From Tubiluchus corallicola (lineage: Eukaryota > Animalia > Priapulida): DNA of 64,000 bases. Positions 1 through 14,100 of the stretch are shown here, one piece after another (position 1 is the first letter of the stretch; each line of letters opens with the position of its first letter). The translations under genes were made by a program, and so were the position numbers. The stretch is taken from positions 434,001 through 498,000 of the forward strand of contig JAQGDQ010000085.1 of the NCBI GenBank assembly GCA_030141605.1, in the 5' to 3' direction. The notes beneath the pieces were generated by a model. It did not search any database. It worked only from the letters and a program-made list of their open reading frames with translations, and had not been told where the DNA came from.

Positions 1-90
1 TTGTCCTCAGTTGAAATGCATAATCACTAAACACAAGTGTTTTGAAATAGTCAAGAAAACCTTGACAATAATGACAAAACATGCTTGTAT

Positions 91-166
91 TGTTCAGCCC
101 AAATGCCTTCTAGTTTACATCATCGGACAAATAATGCAAGTTTCTAGCACAACAATCATCAAAATA
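91..166 (-). ncRNA. Candidate intronic box C/D snoRNA (U15/snR13-like guide for 28S rRNA)
   Basis: Host-strand TGATGA (161-156) and CTGA (97-94); 10-nt guide AGGCATTTGG complementary to conserved LSU CCAAAUGCCU; flanking imperfect stem GCTTTATT/AATACAAGC. Confidence 0.6.
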
Positions 167-400
167 AAGCCATAAGTTAAAATCTCGAGTTGCGCAAAAA
201 TACTATAAGTTATGTTTAATTTCACATGATCAGCTGTTTGATCTCTAATTGTTAACTTAAATAGGGGTGAACTGAAATTTATTTGTTATGGCTTATTATA
301 CACATCCTACCAGATATTAATACACTTACTATTCTGTCCTTGTTATTGCTTTTTGCAAGCTAATAAATGTTAGAAATGTCATTATCACAAGAAAACAAAC

Positions 401-533
401 CTGTTTGCTCAATGTCGTGCATTTTGCCCTCGAAGTCATCCGACATTTCAATACCACCTTCTTCGTCCTTTAAATCAGGCCGATTCTCATTGTCATTCTG
501 TTGTTCTTCGTTTTCTTTCTTCATTTCATCCAA
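401..533 (-). CDS. MDN1: MDN1 exon (GIEMSDDFEGKMHD), D/E-rich region
   Basis: AG/GT flanks; acidic. Confidence 0.9.
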
Positions 534-2064
534 CTAACAACAAGTGTAAAGCAATCATAAGCAAAACACAAGAAACAAAGTTTAAAGTACGGTTAAACAA
601 ATCTCTTAAGAAATAAAAATGTTCATTAGCGGCACAACACATAGTCTTTTAGTAATGATCTTTCATGGCAGATGAAATTCGACGAAGATATAATGCCATG
701 GGATGATTTGCTGATGGTATTCTGTTAAATCGGAGATATAAACAGTACGACGTATTTTATTTAATATTTGTACCTTATTATATTAGACTTAATGCATACA
801 TATAACTTGAATACATCGCATGCACATTGTACCCTACTAGCAATAATAAGGATGCCAGAAATTTAATTCAGTTCAGCTTTATTGCACAAATACTTAGTTA
901 CGTAGTACATAGGCAAAGTCCACATCTAACAAAGGACACATTTATTCAGAAACAAAAGCATAACGAACATTTGGTCATTTGTCAGGCCTTTAACAATTGC
1001 ATTTAAAAGTGATATTCTGGTAAAACTTCTTTTTAGGAAAATCTCTTCAAAAGCATTTGCTTGAAAACCTATGATAAAAACCGCCGCATACACAAACAAA
1101 TGTTGCAAGATCTTTAGTTAAGAAAATGTTGCTATTTATGTGTAGCTAATTACCTACAAGATAACAAATTCATACCTGGTCTTCTGCTTCAATTTGATCA
1201 CTGACATCTTTTACACCTTCTCCCTCGCCAATGCCTCCTCCTTCGATATCTTCAAATTCTGTGGCGCCCTCTTCTGCAATCTCGTCGCTCAAACCAGATG
1301 GCAAACAAAAACCTTTTTGTCCCAGCTCACAGAAGATGCCCAGCAGTACATACAATAACTTACAAGCAGTCCTATGAACGGCGATGTATTCGGTGAGGAA
1401 CAACTGCACTAAACAAGCGTACTGATCGAAAATCGGAGCCAATTTTGTCAAAAGGAGAAGTTCCTTGTTGACCGAAGGTGGTTGTCCTTGAAGAATGAGC
1501 TGAAGAATGGTCTCCAGTTCTACTGTAATGGAAGATAATTTCAAGCTGCTAATGTCACTCTGTAAAGCAATGTGCAGTTTTGAGTTCAAATGTCCATCTT
1601 GAATACCATCATCATCTGACAGTCCATCTTCTTCTTCATCTTTTCCATGTTCTATAAAAACATGAGAAATCGGCTTATAGTTTTTTCTGTGTCTTCTAAA
1701 TGCAAATATTAGAATTGTCAATGAACTCGTTTATATAAAAAACTCAGACAACAAATAGTTGTTTCAATGACTTTTACCTGTATTACTAGCAAGTGAAAGC
1801 TTTTTGTACAACTCTTGAACATTATATAGAACTTTGGTGACTAACGATGAGATCCGATGGGCATGTTCTGTAGTCGCATTACAATCTTTGTAAGCTGAAA
1901 CAAAAGAATAATAAATTTGAAAATTGTAGTTGACAAACTATAAACGATATCAATTACAGAACATGATATCTATATAAGAAATGAGGTCAATTCCAGCATC
2001 TAATATCAGACATTTATGTTAAAAGGGTATTATATACATGTGTGTTCATGATTACATATTTGTG

Positions 2065-2100
<36 letters not shown>

Positions 2101-5100
2101 ATGTATATTGAAATTATCAATAATATTTAAATACCTTTTTTTCGTAAGCAGTTAATTTCTGTTGCCCATGTTAAGAATTGTGTTGTTAAGTTACACAACT
2201 TGTTTAGCTGACTTTCTAGTGAGAAACCAGCTGCTAACGTTTGTTTTTCTGCTTCAGGATCCTCAAAGAACTTTAGCACAGTTTTCAAACTCTCAGCAAC
2301 ATTATCAAGTTTGGCACAAGCTATTTTTAGTTCTTCAAACGCATGCCATGTGACGATTATTGCCTGATTTCCCCTGCTGTCTTTTATAGCTTTTTGAACA
2401 TTTTGCACTTCTAAAGCGGCAGTGTTTAGTTTACTGATAATTTCCTGGCACGAGTCATCATCTCTTGCTAATTGACTCAAGAGAGGTTGACCTAACATCG
2501 GCAAAACGTTGAAAGTTTGACTGCTGTGCTTTGCAGGACAACTATCAAAAAAGAGCAACAACTGCTGCAGGTACTCCCACGTTATACCAACTAAGTTCAA
2601 GATTTCTTCCTGTAACATAAATACAAAAATAATCAAATTTCGTCAACTAGTAATTGGCAACACAATTTATCTACTCGAAGTAAGAGCATGTAAGAGAAAC
2701 AGCACACATAATTCTTAGTGTCTTTCAAGCAACTCAGAGTATGTATTCAAAAAGATGGCTGATCTGGCAACTAATGTTAACAATTAGCTGTGAGCATTTT
2801 CCATCAGAAAGCAAATTCGAATCGAAAATCAGATGGAATTATTGACTTTCGAACTGGAATCAAACGGAATTTGAAGATTTCAAATGCGAATCGAATTTCA
2901 TTTTAAAGATTTTCTAATAAATTTCGAATCTTTAATAAAAGGAAGTATTGCAAAGAACATGCATATTGCTTGAATTTGTTTTGCAAATGTTTGTTTAAAA
3001 ATTGTGCACAGAAATCCGCAGCTAAATTGTGCTGACTGCATGCTGTTTAAAAAATGTTTTACTGATAAAGAATATGTCGCTGAAGTGGTGAATTATTCGA
3101 ATCCATAATTTTAGGCTTGAATTGAATTAGAATTAAAACTCATTCGAATCCAATACGAACATTCAATGCTCACTCCTAAGTAACATGCAAATGCCAAAAA
3201 ATTGTACTATTCAAAAAATTAAGTTTGCTTTATTCAGAAGCTACGGTCAATTACAATAGCTATTTTTATGTGAACATTGAATATGAACAAATTTCAATCA
3301 AAGTAACCATAAACTCATCAAACAATTAAACAAATCTTACTTGAAATTTTTTCATTTCAGCTTGTGGTGGCACAGCTAGCGGCTCTGCACTATATTTAAT
3401 TTCACAGAGTGCCATGCAAAGTGAACGCAGTTGCACGAGATCAGTAACACAGTGTGCAATGTCATTGTGTTCTTTAGTGACAATGTCCATCAAATGCTCA
3501 CTGTACCCACGGCAACGCTCAATATTGCTCAGGCCTAACTCCTAGATGATGACAAGAAATGTGAAATTAGAAGAATTGGCAATGTGGCACTCAGGGCCAT
3601 CTTAAACATATGGGCACGCTTGGCAGTTGCTTGGGGACCCAAGACCATAGAGTCCCCCATGGTAATTTATGTATAGGGCAACTTGCTTTTGATAAATAAA
3701 TATTACACTATAAAAAACTATAAATATTCGTTATTGCATTACAAGTGGACAATGGCAACAACTTTACTTAAAAACAATTTTAAAGACAGTCACAAACTGT
3801 TGCATTGAGTTCACCTTGGAAGGAGACTCCATTGTGGACAGCAAAGCAGCTCTACGAGCAATGCATTTGTAAAAGTAGTTTGAGCATCCGTGCCAAAACC
3901 TAAACGTGCTAGCGTCGGAACTGAAAATAGGAAGTAAAATGTTTTTACACAGTTCAACATGTGAAATGCGGATAAGTGAACAATGTGCATCATCTTGTAC
4001 TTATCATAATTAAAATTCAAGATAGAGGAAAATAAACCGTGACAAATTATAAGCATCTTGATAACTTCATATAAAAACAAACCTGTTGAATTTCGTACTA
4101 TTCAGAGCAGCAGTAACATCAACTGGTTCACAGACCATTAACTGAAAACTATCAGCTTGTCGTAGTAACGATAACCCTTTTCTGTATGATAAACCTAAAA
4201 AAAGTATGAGTCAATATAGATGTAAATTATTCAACATTTTTTTATCTGAGTGATGTACATTATACTTTAGAACAGCACAAACAAAGAATCATATAGTATA
4301 ATGTGGTGACTAGATACTTACCCATTTGTGTTAGATATCTAAATAACTCAGCTAAAGCTCTACGCTTTCTAAGGTGAATACTTTTAGCTTCAGCTATTTG
4401 TTTCTCTTTCGTGTTGGTATGATTAATATCCAGTGCTTGTAAACTACGAACACCTTCAATAACCTCACCTGTAATAACAAAAATGTAATAATAACAACAA
4501 AAGGAAATCAAACTTCATTTTCCACAATACCTTAATTTTTGACAATTTTATTAAAACATTAAAAACTTTAAAGCTATACAGACTTTTCAACTACATGGCA
4601 ATGATCATCTTTAGTGTTGATCTTTTTTGTGTTAGTTCAGTTAATCTAAGTCATTATTCTGTGCAGACCTGTTTAGTTTGTCATATAGGCTTATTCGCTC
4701 TTAAAGCTAGTTTTAATTATCTATGTAATTATTCTATTTAGGCTATACCTGTATAATAATGAGTTGATGTTCAATGTTTATGCTTAGAAAGTGAGTGCTG
4801 CTAATTAGTCGAAATGTCTGTATGGTTTAAATTTTTTAATATTTTAAAAAGTTGTTTTTTTCAAAAAAAATAAATAAAATAAATATAGATAAAATAATAA
4901 ATAAGCAAATAAAGTGCTAGTCATTATTAAATTAAATTGATTCACAAACCTTACTTCAATATAGCCTATTGTTTGTTTTACCTCAACTGTGATTCTAGCT
5001 CATAATCAAAGTAAAATAACGATCGACACAAATCCTTACAAATTCAAGTGAACAATGTCACACAACAAAGAAACATCTCGTACCTGTGAAGTCATCAAGT

Positions 5101-8100
5101 ATTGCAGTAAGTTTTAAGTACTGCTGCTTACAAATCACTTCTCGACTTAGCTTTCTCATTTTTGAAAACAATGATGGGATTCTCTGCAAAACGCTGGTTT
5201 TATCTGAAATCTGCTCCACTGACAGCTTGTCATCAGACTCAGGCTAAAATGCAAAAATGTGAACAAACGCTAATAAAAGAACTCTTTAGAAACATTTCAC
5301 ACAACAAGAAGGTTTGATGAATAAAACGCTGAATGCCAATTATAGTCTTACAGTAGATTATTTATTTCAGGAGCTTTCACCCTTTTGGGTATCATCAGCT
5401 AAAAATTGCAGATAAAATCTTAAAGCTGTATACACCAGTGTGAAAAATCAAAAACATCATAGATGTACAATATAACAAATTGGAAAGAGTAAAATCAACT
5501 GCATAGGAAAGAAAATGCCAAGCACTATACAATAGGTCTTACCAGTATAAAAGGTAATTAAATTGAATAAATTGACATACCTGAATAGACTGTGCTGCTA
5601 ACTTGAGAACAAGGTTTAGAAAATTCGGAGGTTTATAAACACTGAGCAAATACATACCTGTGGTGTGCTATTGTGAGTAAAGAAGTACTCTATATACTCT
5701 CTCATATTTTAAAAAGGTATAATCATAAAACTTACAGCAGTCCAACAAAAAGTACAATAATAATAATAATATTTCCCTACCAAAAGATGAACATTTGCTA
5801 TAAAGTCATCAGGAAGAATATCAAACTTTTTTGTCTCAGGAAGATGCGGAGAATCGGAAACCATGTTTGTGTCAGTAAGTACAGCCCGCACTGGCTGCGC
5901 TAACACATCCTATAAGAAATTAAAAAACGTCACTCTTTCCGTTAAACTTCATACTGAAGCTTGTTTAAAAGTGGTTTTGAAATTCCTCCCATAACATTTA
6001 GTTTAATTTAAGACTCAACATAAACCATAGTCCACATGAGTGAGTATGACTGTTGTCTTCACAGCACAAATGAATAAAAAAATTAATGAAAAAATGGTGA
6101 CTCTTTTACTACTGTTACTGTATCCTTCTGAACAATACCAATATGCATGAAATACGGATAAAATATTTAAAGAACAACCAAGAACAATTGATCACGTTAC
6201 CTGATATCTTCTTATAAATTTGTGAAGTGTCTTGTGTGTTTTTTCCACGGCAGCTTTCATTGCCCAAAAATTTATATCACTCCATTTGGCAATCTTCACA
6301 AAATCCTACATACAATCAGAATTCAAACAAACAGTGAACAAGACTCTATGGATAAATTAAATTATTTTAGTCAGCTAAGACTAGAGGGGCTGCTGCTTCA
6401 GAAAATTTTTCTATTGTTTTAATATTGTGTATTAAATAATATATATTATATATTTATTTCTAGGGGATGCAAGGAAGCCGTGATCAAATTATTTAAATTT
6501 TCTGTAAAATAAAATAACCGAACAAACTATGAATTAAATAGAATAGCCGGAAGCATAGTAATCATCTAATTCTACGCTTTATCACATTCAAGAACATGGT
6601 ACACGGTTTTTAAGTATAACACATGCTGAGTTAAAAAGAATTACTACTTGCACAACGGGGTCGGTAATGCGTAAACGTAAGTGCTCTCTCTGCCTAGTGT
6701 GCGCACTTATCTCAGACATGTGCACATGATTGTATGCGCACAATAGCCAAACACTGCGTCACTGGAACTGTGAAGCGCACAGGTCCGTCACGTGCTCTGG
6801 TTCGATACAAGAATTTACTAGTATGTTCAAGTATAAAAAAAGAATTAAAGAAAAAACACTCATTATATTGAATGTTATCGACAATATCAAGTGAAAATAG
6901 GAGGCGCTGCAGTTCCACAGTGCCTATACATGAGCAGCCACTGATTTTAATTCTACATCAGTTTAAGATGCCACATCTCGGGTAAATACCAACTGTACCT
7001 TGATTTCCTTTTCAATCGGTGTTCTTAACTTTAACTTGCAGCTTGTAATGCCATCACTAAACTGGCTGTAATACTGATGTACGTTCCACAGCAACTTCAA
7101 TATGAACTTTAACACATCACTACCTTGAGATTTAGCCATCACAGCCAGCTGCAAAAACAGGAATTCAGTAATCAGTAAGACTCTTTAACAAACAAATTAC
7201 ATTAAGTACATATTGACAAAAGTCTATAAATGGCAAAGAAAAGTTGCAGAACTATTTACTAACTAACGACTGTGGTAATTGTACAACGCACAATATAAGT
7301 TAGAGAAAGATATTTTTAAATGCATATTTATAAAATACGATGGCAAATAATCTCAATTAATCTCCAACTAACGATAAGTTCTTTGTATTTTTTACTGTAA
7401 TCTTCTACTTATATTATTATTATCACTTTGTTTTAATTTGCACTGTTTTTATAGTAGCCCTTTATTGTTTTATTTCACTTTTTAACTGTCTTGTAACTCG
7501 TGTATTGCAGTTTGAAGATTATGAAATAAATAAATAAAATAATAACATAATGATTATGAATGTAGTTATTACATTAAAAACTGTACTATACCAACATTTC
7601 AATTGAAAAAAACATTAGAAATACCTGACAGTGAAAGGAATACAATATCTGTAATCTTGTCTGAAAATCACCAAGATTTGAACCTTCCATATATTGTTGC
7701 AACGAAGTCACCAAACTTTTAAACGGTTCTGTTTTCTTCTCACTGCTGTCTGCCCCCTACAATTATAGTAATTTGGTGCAATCAGAAACTAATAGAAAAA
7801 TAATGTACCACACCCTCAGGCACTCTCAGGAAAACCAGATATAGAATTATCCTGAGCAAACATACAGATTCAGAATCAGTTACATGAAAATATCAAGTAC
7901 ATAGAAAATAAGTTATTCGTAGCTAGAGAAAGGGTAGTGCAAAACTCAAGAGGTTAGCGAATTAGCCACCCTTTTAGTTAAGGTTACTACAATAATATCC
8001 AGCGACGATTTAAGCTGGGGTGAAACAAAGAAAATCCTGTCAAATAAAAAAGTATAATAATGAAAAAATGAATCACACTAGTTTCAAGTGGCAAAGCAAA

Positions 8101-11100
8101 TTGCAAAAAAATAAAAAAATAACATGAGTGAAACACAATGAAAAATAAAACAAAAATTATCAGAACTGGATATGCATATAAAGTCACAATAATTAATAAT
8201 AAAAACGGATGCAAAATAAGCATACATAAGGATTGAAAACAAAATAAACAAAACTGAAAACTGAAATAAGCACTGAAAACATAAACTGTCGAACATACAA
8301 GTATTCACTACATACGTACGTTTAGAAAGCTAATCCCAAGTTAACCTACAGGCTACATTCCTACACACCCCCGCTAATCCCACCCCTATGCAGAAATGCT
8401 TAAATGAACAACATAAACTAGTCCAAAAACTGATGTGAATACATTCACAGCTTTATGCTAATGATTCCACAAAACGTAGAAGAAAATCTGAGTATTTGAA
8501 AAACCCACCAAAAATGCACCATAATTTGTTCTTTCTCCTTAAACTTTGCATCAGTTATTCTCTCTGATCATACATGACAATATTGAATTAGAATTGGCAC
8601 AAGCAACAACGGCACATACCTCAATATCACTGTTTAAAAATGAATCGACTAGAGTATAGATATGGAACCACCATTCTGTAGCTTTCTCAGCTACATTGTT
8701 GTCAATCCTGTCCAAACAGCTGCGCCAGCACCTGAGAATGTAAAAGCAACAAAATTCATCATGTCAAACAATACATATATATTTTTATCCATTTTTATAA
8801 AACCGAGCCACACAGAGAAGCTAAGCTGGTGTGTAAACAGGTTAACATAATTCATAAGTTGTGGCAAAATGGTAATTGTACAATTGTATGTTCACTAGGT
8901 TCACAAATGGTGCATCACATATCATAATTTTGGAAGAGTAGATGAAGTACCGAGTATGTCGCCATGCACAAGTGAGATGTGTACCGAGTATGTCACCAAG
9001 CACAAGTGAGATGTGTACTAGAAAAGTTACACACACAAACCTTACCAACAGACAAAGCAGGAACGTGAGCACCCATTAAATTGGATTTTTGACTTTGAAG
9101 GAAATGTAGGACTAGAACTTACCACAAAACAAATTATGAAATTTTCATTGCAAAAAGTAGTAACACTCTAATTCAAGATACTTTATCTGTCAAACAATGT
9201 GCATAAGTTACCACGGGAACGTATCAAAACGGGAACATGCAACTTCAAACATTAGAAAAGTACTTTACAAAAACAGAGTCAACCATACTTGAGTTCAAGC
9301 TTCCTCCACTCTATAATCTGCCGACTTATTTCCTCTAAGTGACTGTAGAGTGAAATCCCTCGGTGTGCGTTCACTTCAAAATCTTGCGACTTTGACAAAA
9401 GAAGTTCCAGTCCTGCCACAAAGCTCATTAATGAACCAGTCACAGGTAGGCTAAGAATCTTGTTTATCACTTTCAAAACCTAAATTTCAAACAAATGCTT
9501 GAACTGCACTTATTAAAAAACAGAAGCTTGCAGTGTATCATGACGACATGGTACATGTACTTAGTAAATGATGCAAAATATAACTATGAATACTACAAAA
9601 TGTGAGAGTGCATACTGAGTGAGATAGGAATTTATCGGACTTTAGCTCACATTTCAACAAAAATTAATCAGTCTACCTGTTTTAAAGCGGGATGATCAGG
9701 AAACTCTAACAAGAGAGATTTAACACGAGCAGAAAAATCTTCCAAGATTGGACGACATTTCATGACTTCTGTGACATTTGGATCGTGGTAAATGTCATAG
9801 TGGTGTTGAAAATTTGAAGGTACGTTCTCTTGTTCGGATAATGATGCTTGTTGAAGCTTGCTCATTACCAAGTGGCTACTGATCATTTGCCAGTCTAACA
9901 CGGAATCTAAGTGCAATAGAAAGATACTTTAGTACATAAAGATATTAATTTGCACAAACATAGGTTTCTTTACAATGATGCAACACAACAGCTTAATAAT
10001 AAATACATCATATACTTCTTACAGCATCTTACAGCATTCGTCATGCCATACCAAGACTAAGGACATTAGCAATTAATAAAAAGCCCAGACACGATCAATC
10101 CATAAAGAGAGAAAGTAGATATGTAACTGTTATATCAACCTCACCAATTTTAATTTTTAGCAAATTTATTACAAACGCAGCAGCTGAAATTAAAACATTA
10201 CTTATTTTCAAGAAGTATAACATACTTACCAAATAACTTGAGATTGTGTTGAACTAAATTACTTAGAATCTTATATCCAGTTCTGAAAGGCTGTACGAAA
10301 TCCACCATGCTTAGAGGTTCTGCAGTTTTAGGCTTGCAAATCCAATCAGTTTCCGTGAAAAGAGAAAAGAGAAGTGTGTGCACACGACAGATTTCAGCCA
10401 TGTTTTGTGTCGTCAGAGTAAATGATGTCATATCACCAGCATCTAAGTTACTGAAATGTTGTGTGGTAACATCACTGCCTGCATCCTCATCCTTTGTCAA
10501 ATCTTCAAATATCTAGAAACAACACAAAAATATTAATTTAAATCACGCATAAGCTAATTACCATGTAATTTTAGAGATCTGAAATATCTATCTAAAACAA
10601 AAAGCACTATATGTCTTAAATCAGAAATATTTACTATTTCTATAGTTTTTTACAAGTTATGTTCATACTATATTAATTTTATTGTGTACTTTATCAAATT
10701 TCTATTGGCATTATCAGGTTAGCCTATTAAATGAAAATAACAATAAATAATAACTGATACGACCTAATTCTTCCTACATGTACTATGACACTTATAACAA
10801 AAACTAAAGGAAAATATTAACAATAAGTAAAATAACCTAATGTAGCATTATTTACAAGAAAAAAAATTCATTCAGGAAAAGCCTGTTTTGAGTTACTGAT
10901 ATTAAATTCTGCAAAAGCATTCTATTCTATAGGTAAACATTTACCGTATCAAATGAAGGAAAGTAATTCTGAAAATCCTTTTCCTCTCTCTGTTCATCAG
11001 TCAGTGAATCACCATGAGTTTGATCCTTGTACCTAAAAACAATCAGTATAAGAACAAAGCTACAGCAAGACTGAGTAAACCGGGTGCTACAGCTGTCGTG

Positions 11101-14100
11101 ACACTAAAGTTGTCACTGGGGTGTTTTGAGGAAAGCCAACAACCGACATTGGCAGGTTTATCAGACTGTTTTTGTAGTTGCGATGTTCGTGTTAAACAGA
11201 TGAAATTACTGGATGAAAACATGGTTTAAATTTGCGATTTAACTCTGTATTTTACTCAAAATCATAGTCTTATAGTCAGTCCACATATACACGAAAATGG
11301 TAAACATAATCAACAGTAGTAAACAAAAGTTAAAGTAAATCCATCAGCCAATATACCATGGCGGTTGTTACCAACAACACTTTCACCTGCTATTACTAAA
11401 ACTGACTTTTAATACACTCTGCACGCTGCAAACCAGAATTCAGCACTCAAAGGCAGAGGCTACTCAACGTGAATATTTGTGGAAACACCGGAGTCTGGCA
11501 TTAACACGTGTATCCAACCCATGTCCTAAACTGGCGATGGTGGGTCACCCACATTCGGATCTGCATCGTATACAAAGGAAATAGTCAGAATCAGCATGGC
11601 ACATGAAACCGCCAAGATTCAGTATCGAACCTAGCAAGCTGTTCATGCTAAGTGTCGCATATCGCACCTAATCATTCTGCTACAACACCACCATGAATAG
11701 ACTTTGAAATAATTATAATGCAAAACGCTTGGATCCAACTTTGAAACCAGATCAATCTTTCACCTTCAAAGTGAAGGCATATAACAAGTGAAGTAAGTTA
11801 CACTGAACATTCCTTGAGCACTGCCCATGTGCAAAGTTTCATTGGAGAAAATTTAGTGGTGTTAGAAATATAATAAAAAATATTCAGATGAGCTCTGGAA
11901 AGCAGGTGCGGAATCTCCCCAACAAGGCTTTCAGGCTAACGTGTTTTGCATCTCTATGATAGCAAACTCGTAAATATGAACTGCTTTGGGAGTTACTGTT
12001 GGCAAGACATTGCAAACTCTCTGACAGTCACTGCGAGTTGGCTTCCTGCGAGCTACTATTCAGTGTGAATGCCTCAGCTAGTTACTCTCAACATTTCTTG
12101 CACTCAACAGAGAAGTGAGTGTCAGCTTGAACTTACTGACGGAGAGTAACTCGCAGCAAGTTTTTCTCTCTAGTCTGAACACACTTGCGAGTTACTTGGT
12201 AAGTTAATTTCGAGTTTACTTGACAAGAAAACTTGCTAATCTGAACTCGTCTTAATACTTCTCTGTGGCAGTGCCACTAATGATACTCGACAGTCTAACA
12301 AAAATTGTAGGGTAGGTTGGTTGTCAGAGGTTTTTATTTTACCTGTACAGACTCGCTTCTTCCTTTTCCTTTCTTTTCTGATCGTCCTTCCACTGCTGCC
12401 ACTGTTTTACAAACATTCCAAAAAGACCAAATAACACAGCCAAGCTTTGCTCATCCAAATTCTGGTTTACTAGTATGTGGTTTTTAGTAAGCTGCACACT
12501 CATCATGGCTAACCTGTTACATAAATATCAAGTCTATTTTAATTCTCTATTATCCATTTTAGGTGAAAAAACGTTGTTCCGGTTAGTCAGCACAAGACTT
12601 TTTTGATAAAGTGCTACCATGATGGCGTGCATTTAAGAAAAAATATAACTTGTACACTGTTAGTGAATCAAAAAGCAATCTAGTTAAAACCAGACATAAT
12701 AGCGGTAAGAAACTTTGCCAAATCATTTTGTTTTTTTGGTTCAGTAGCTGAGAAGCATTCTTCAAGTTTTAAAATGCTACGTGTGTAATGACATGTTACA
12801 ATAAAGTAGTACCAGTGATTGTAAATTTTTTGCCACAATGTTAAATGCATCAACAAAATATGTAAAAATGTAATTAATTCATTAAAATAAACAAATGCAC
12901 GCATTAAAAACTCAATGCAAAAAACTGAAATGTCAAATTTTCAATAATGCCAAAAACACAAAAAAATGTAGTAAGACTCGACTTTTGCACCCCACACAAA
13001 CATACATGTATAAACTTACTCAAGGACTAAGTTACATCCTACGGATGAGTTTCCTTTAATATCACTGCACATAGAAGTCTGCATCAGTTTAATCAAATTT
13101 GCTGGTCTTTTTAGAAACGTTTTAGCAATATTCAGCGAGCCTGGATATGACAGTCCTGTCACTGGAAGCGGCACAAAAGAACTCATGACAAGGCATTGGA
13201 AAGAGCCCTGAAAATAGGCACTAAATTACATACCTTAAAATATGGCTGTTAGTAAAAGAATTACACAAAAAATGTCTTAAAGGCCCTAAAGACCATAAGT
13301 GGCATTACATGGCACTTAACATAAACATCTTTTAAGCCAAGAAAAATGTCACACAAAAACAGAAATGTTACGATGAGGTCACATCAAAATAACAAAAATA
13401 TGCATACGTTGATACACATACACATACGTTGATGTCACACCCACATACTTACACTATAACACAGATGTAAAAAGAACATTACCGATTAATATTGCAAAGA
13501 AGCTTAGTACATAACAAAGTCTCTTTAACATAATAATGGAAAAAATAATATGACTGACATTGTGTTATACTTTATGGGTGAAAAAGGCATGGAATCAATG
13601 AGCAAAGGTTAAGAATCAAACATGAATCATAAAAAACTGATGCAGAACCATATTTTAAAAACGAAACATCTATGACCAAATAATAAAATCAATATAAGAA
13701 TAATTATAAGTACCATTTCTTGACTGAGATGCAACTGTGTCCGCTGCGCTTGCACTTCCACACACCGAGTCACAAGTTGTACGCCATGCATAACTTGGTA
13801 CACTGCTGACACTACTGGAATAGTTATGTCCTCATACAGACGATAACCTGACAACTTGGAAACAAACTTTTCTTGAGATGTCAACCACTGCTTCACCTTG
13901 TACAGAAATGTATCTGCTTTTGCACACGTAACATTTTCCAAATTCAGCAAAAGTTCTTGCACATTTTCAATTGCACCAATAGTCAACAAATAATGTTTCA
14001 CGTCCTTAACAAGCTGGTTAAACTGGGAAGGGACTGGACGAGCAGCTTGCTTCTGCAGAAGACCTTCTCGTTTTACCCGCAAGTGCTGCAATCTTTGAAC

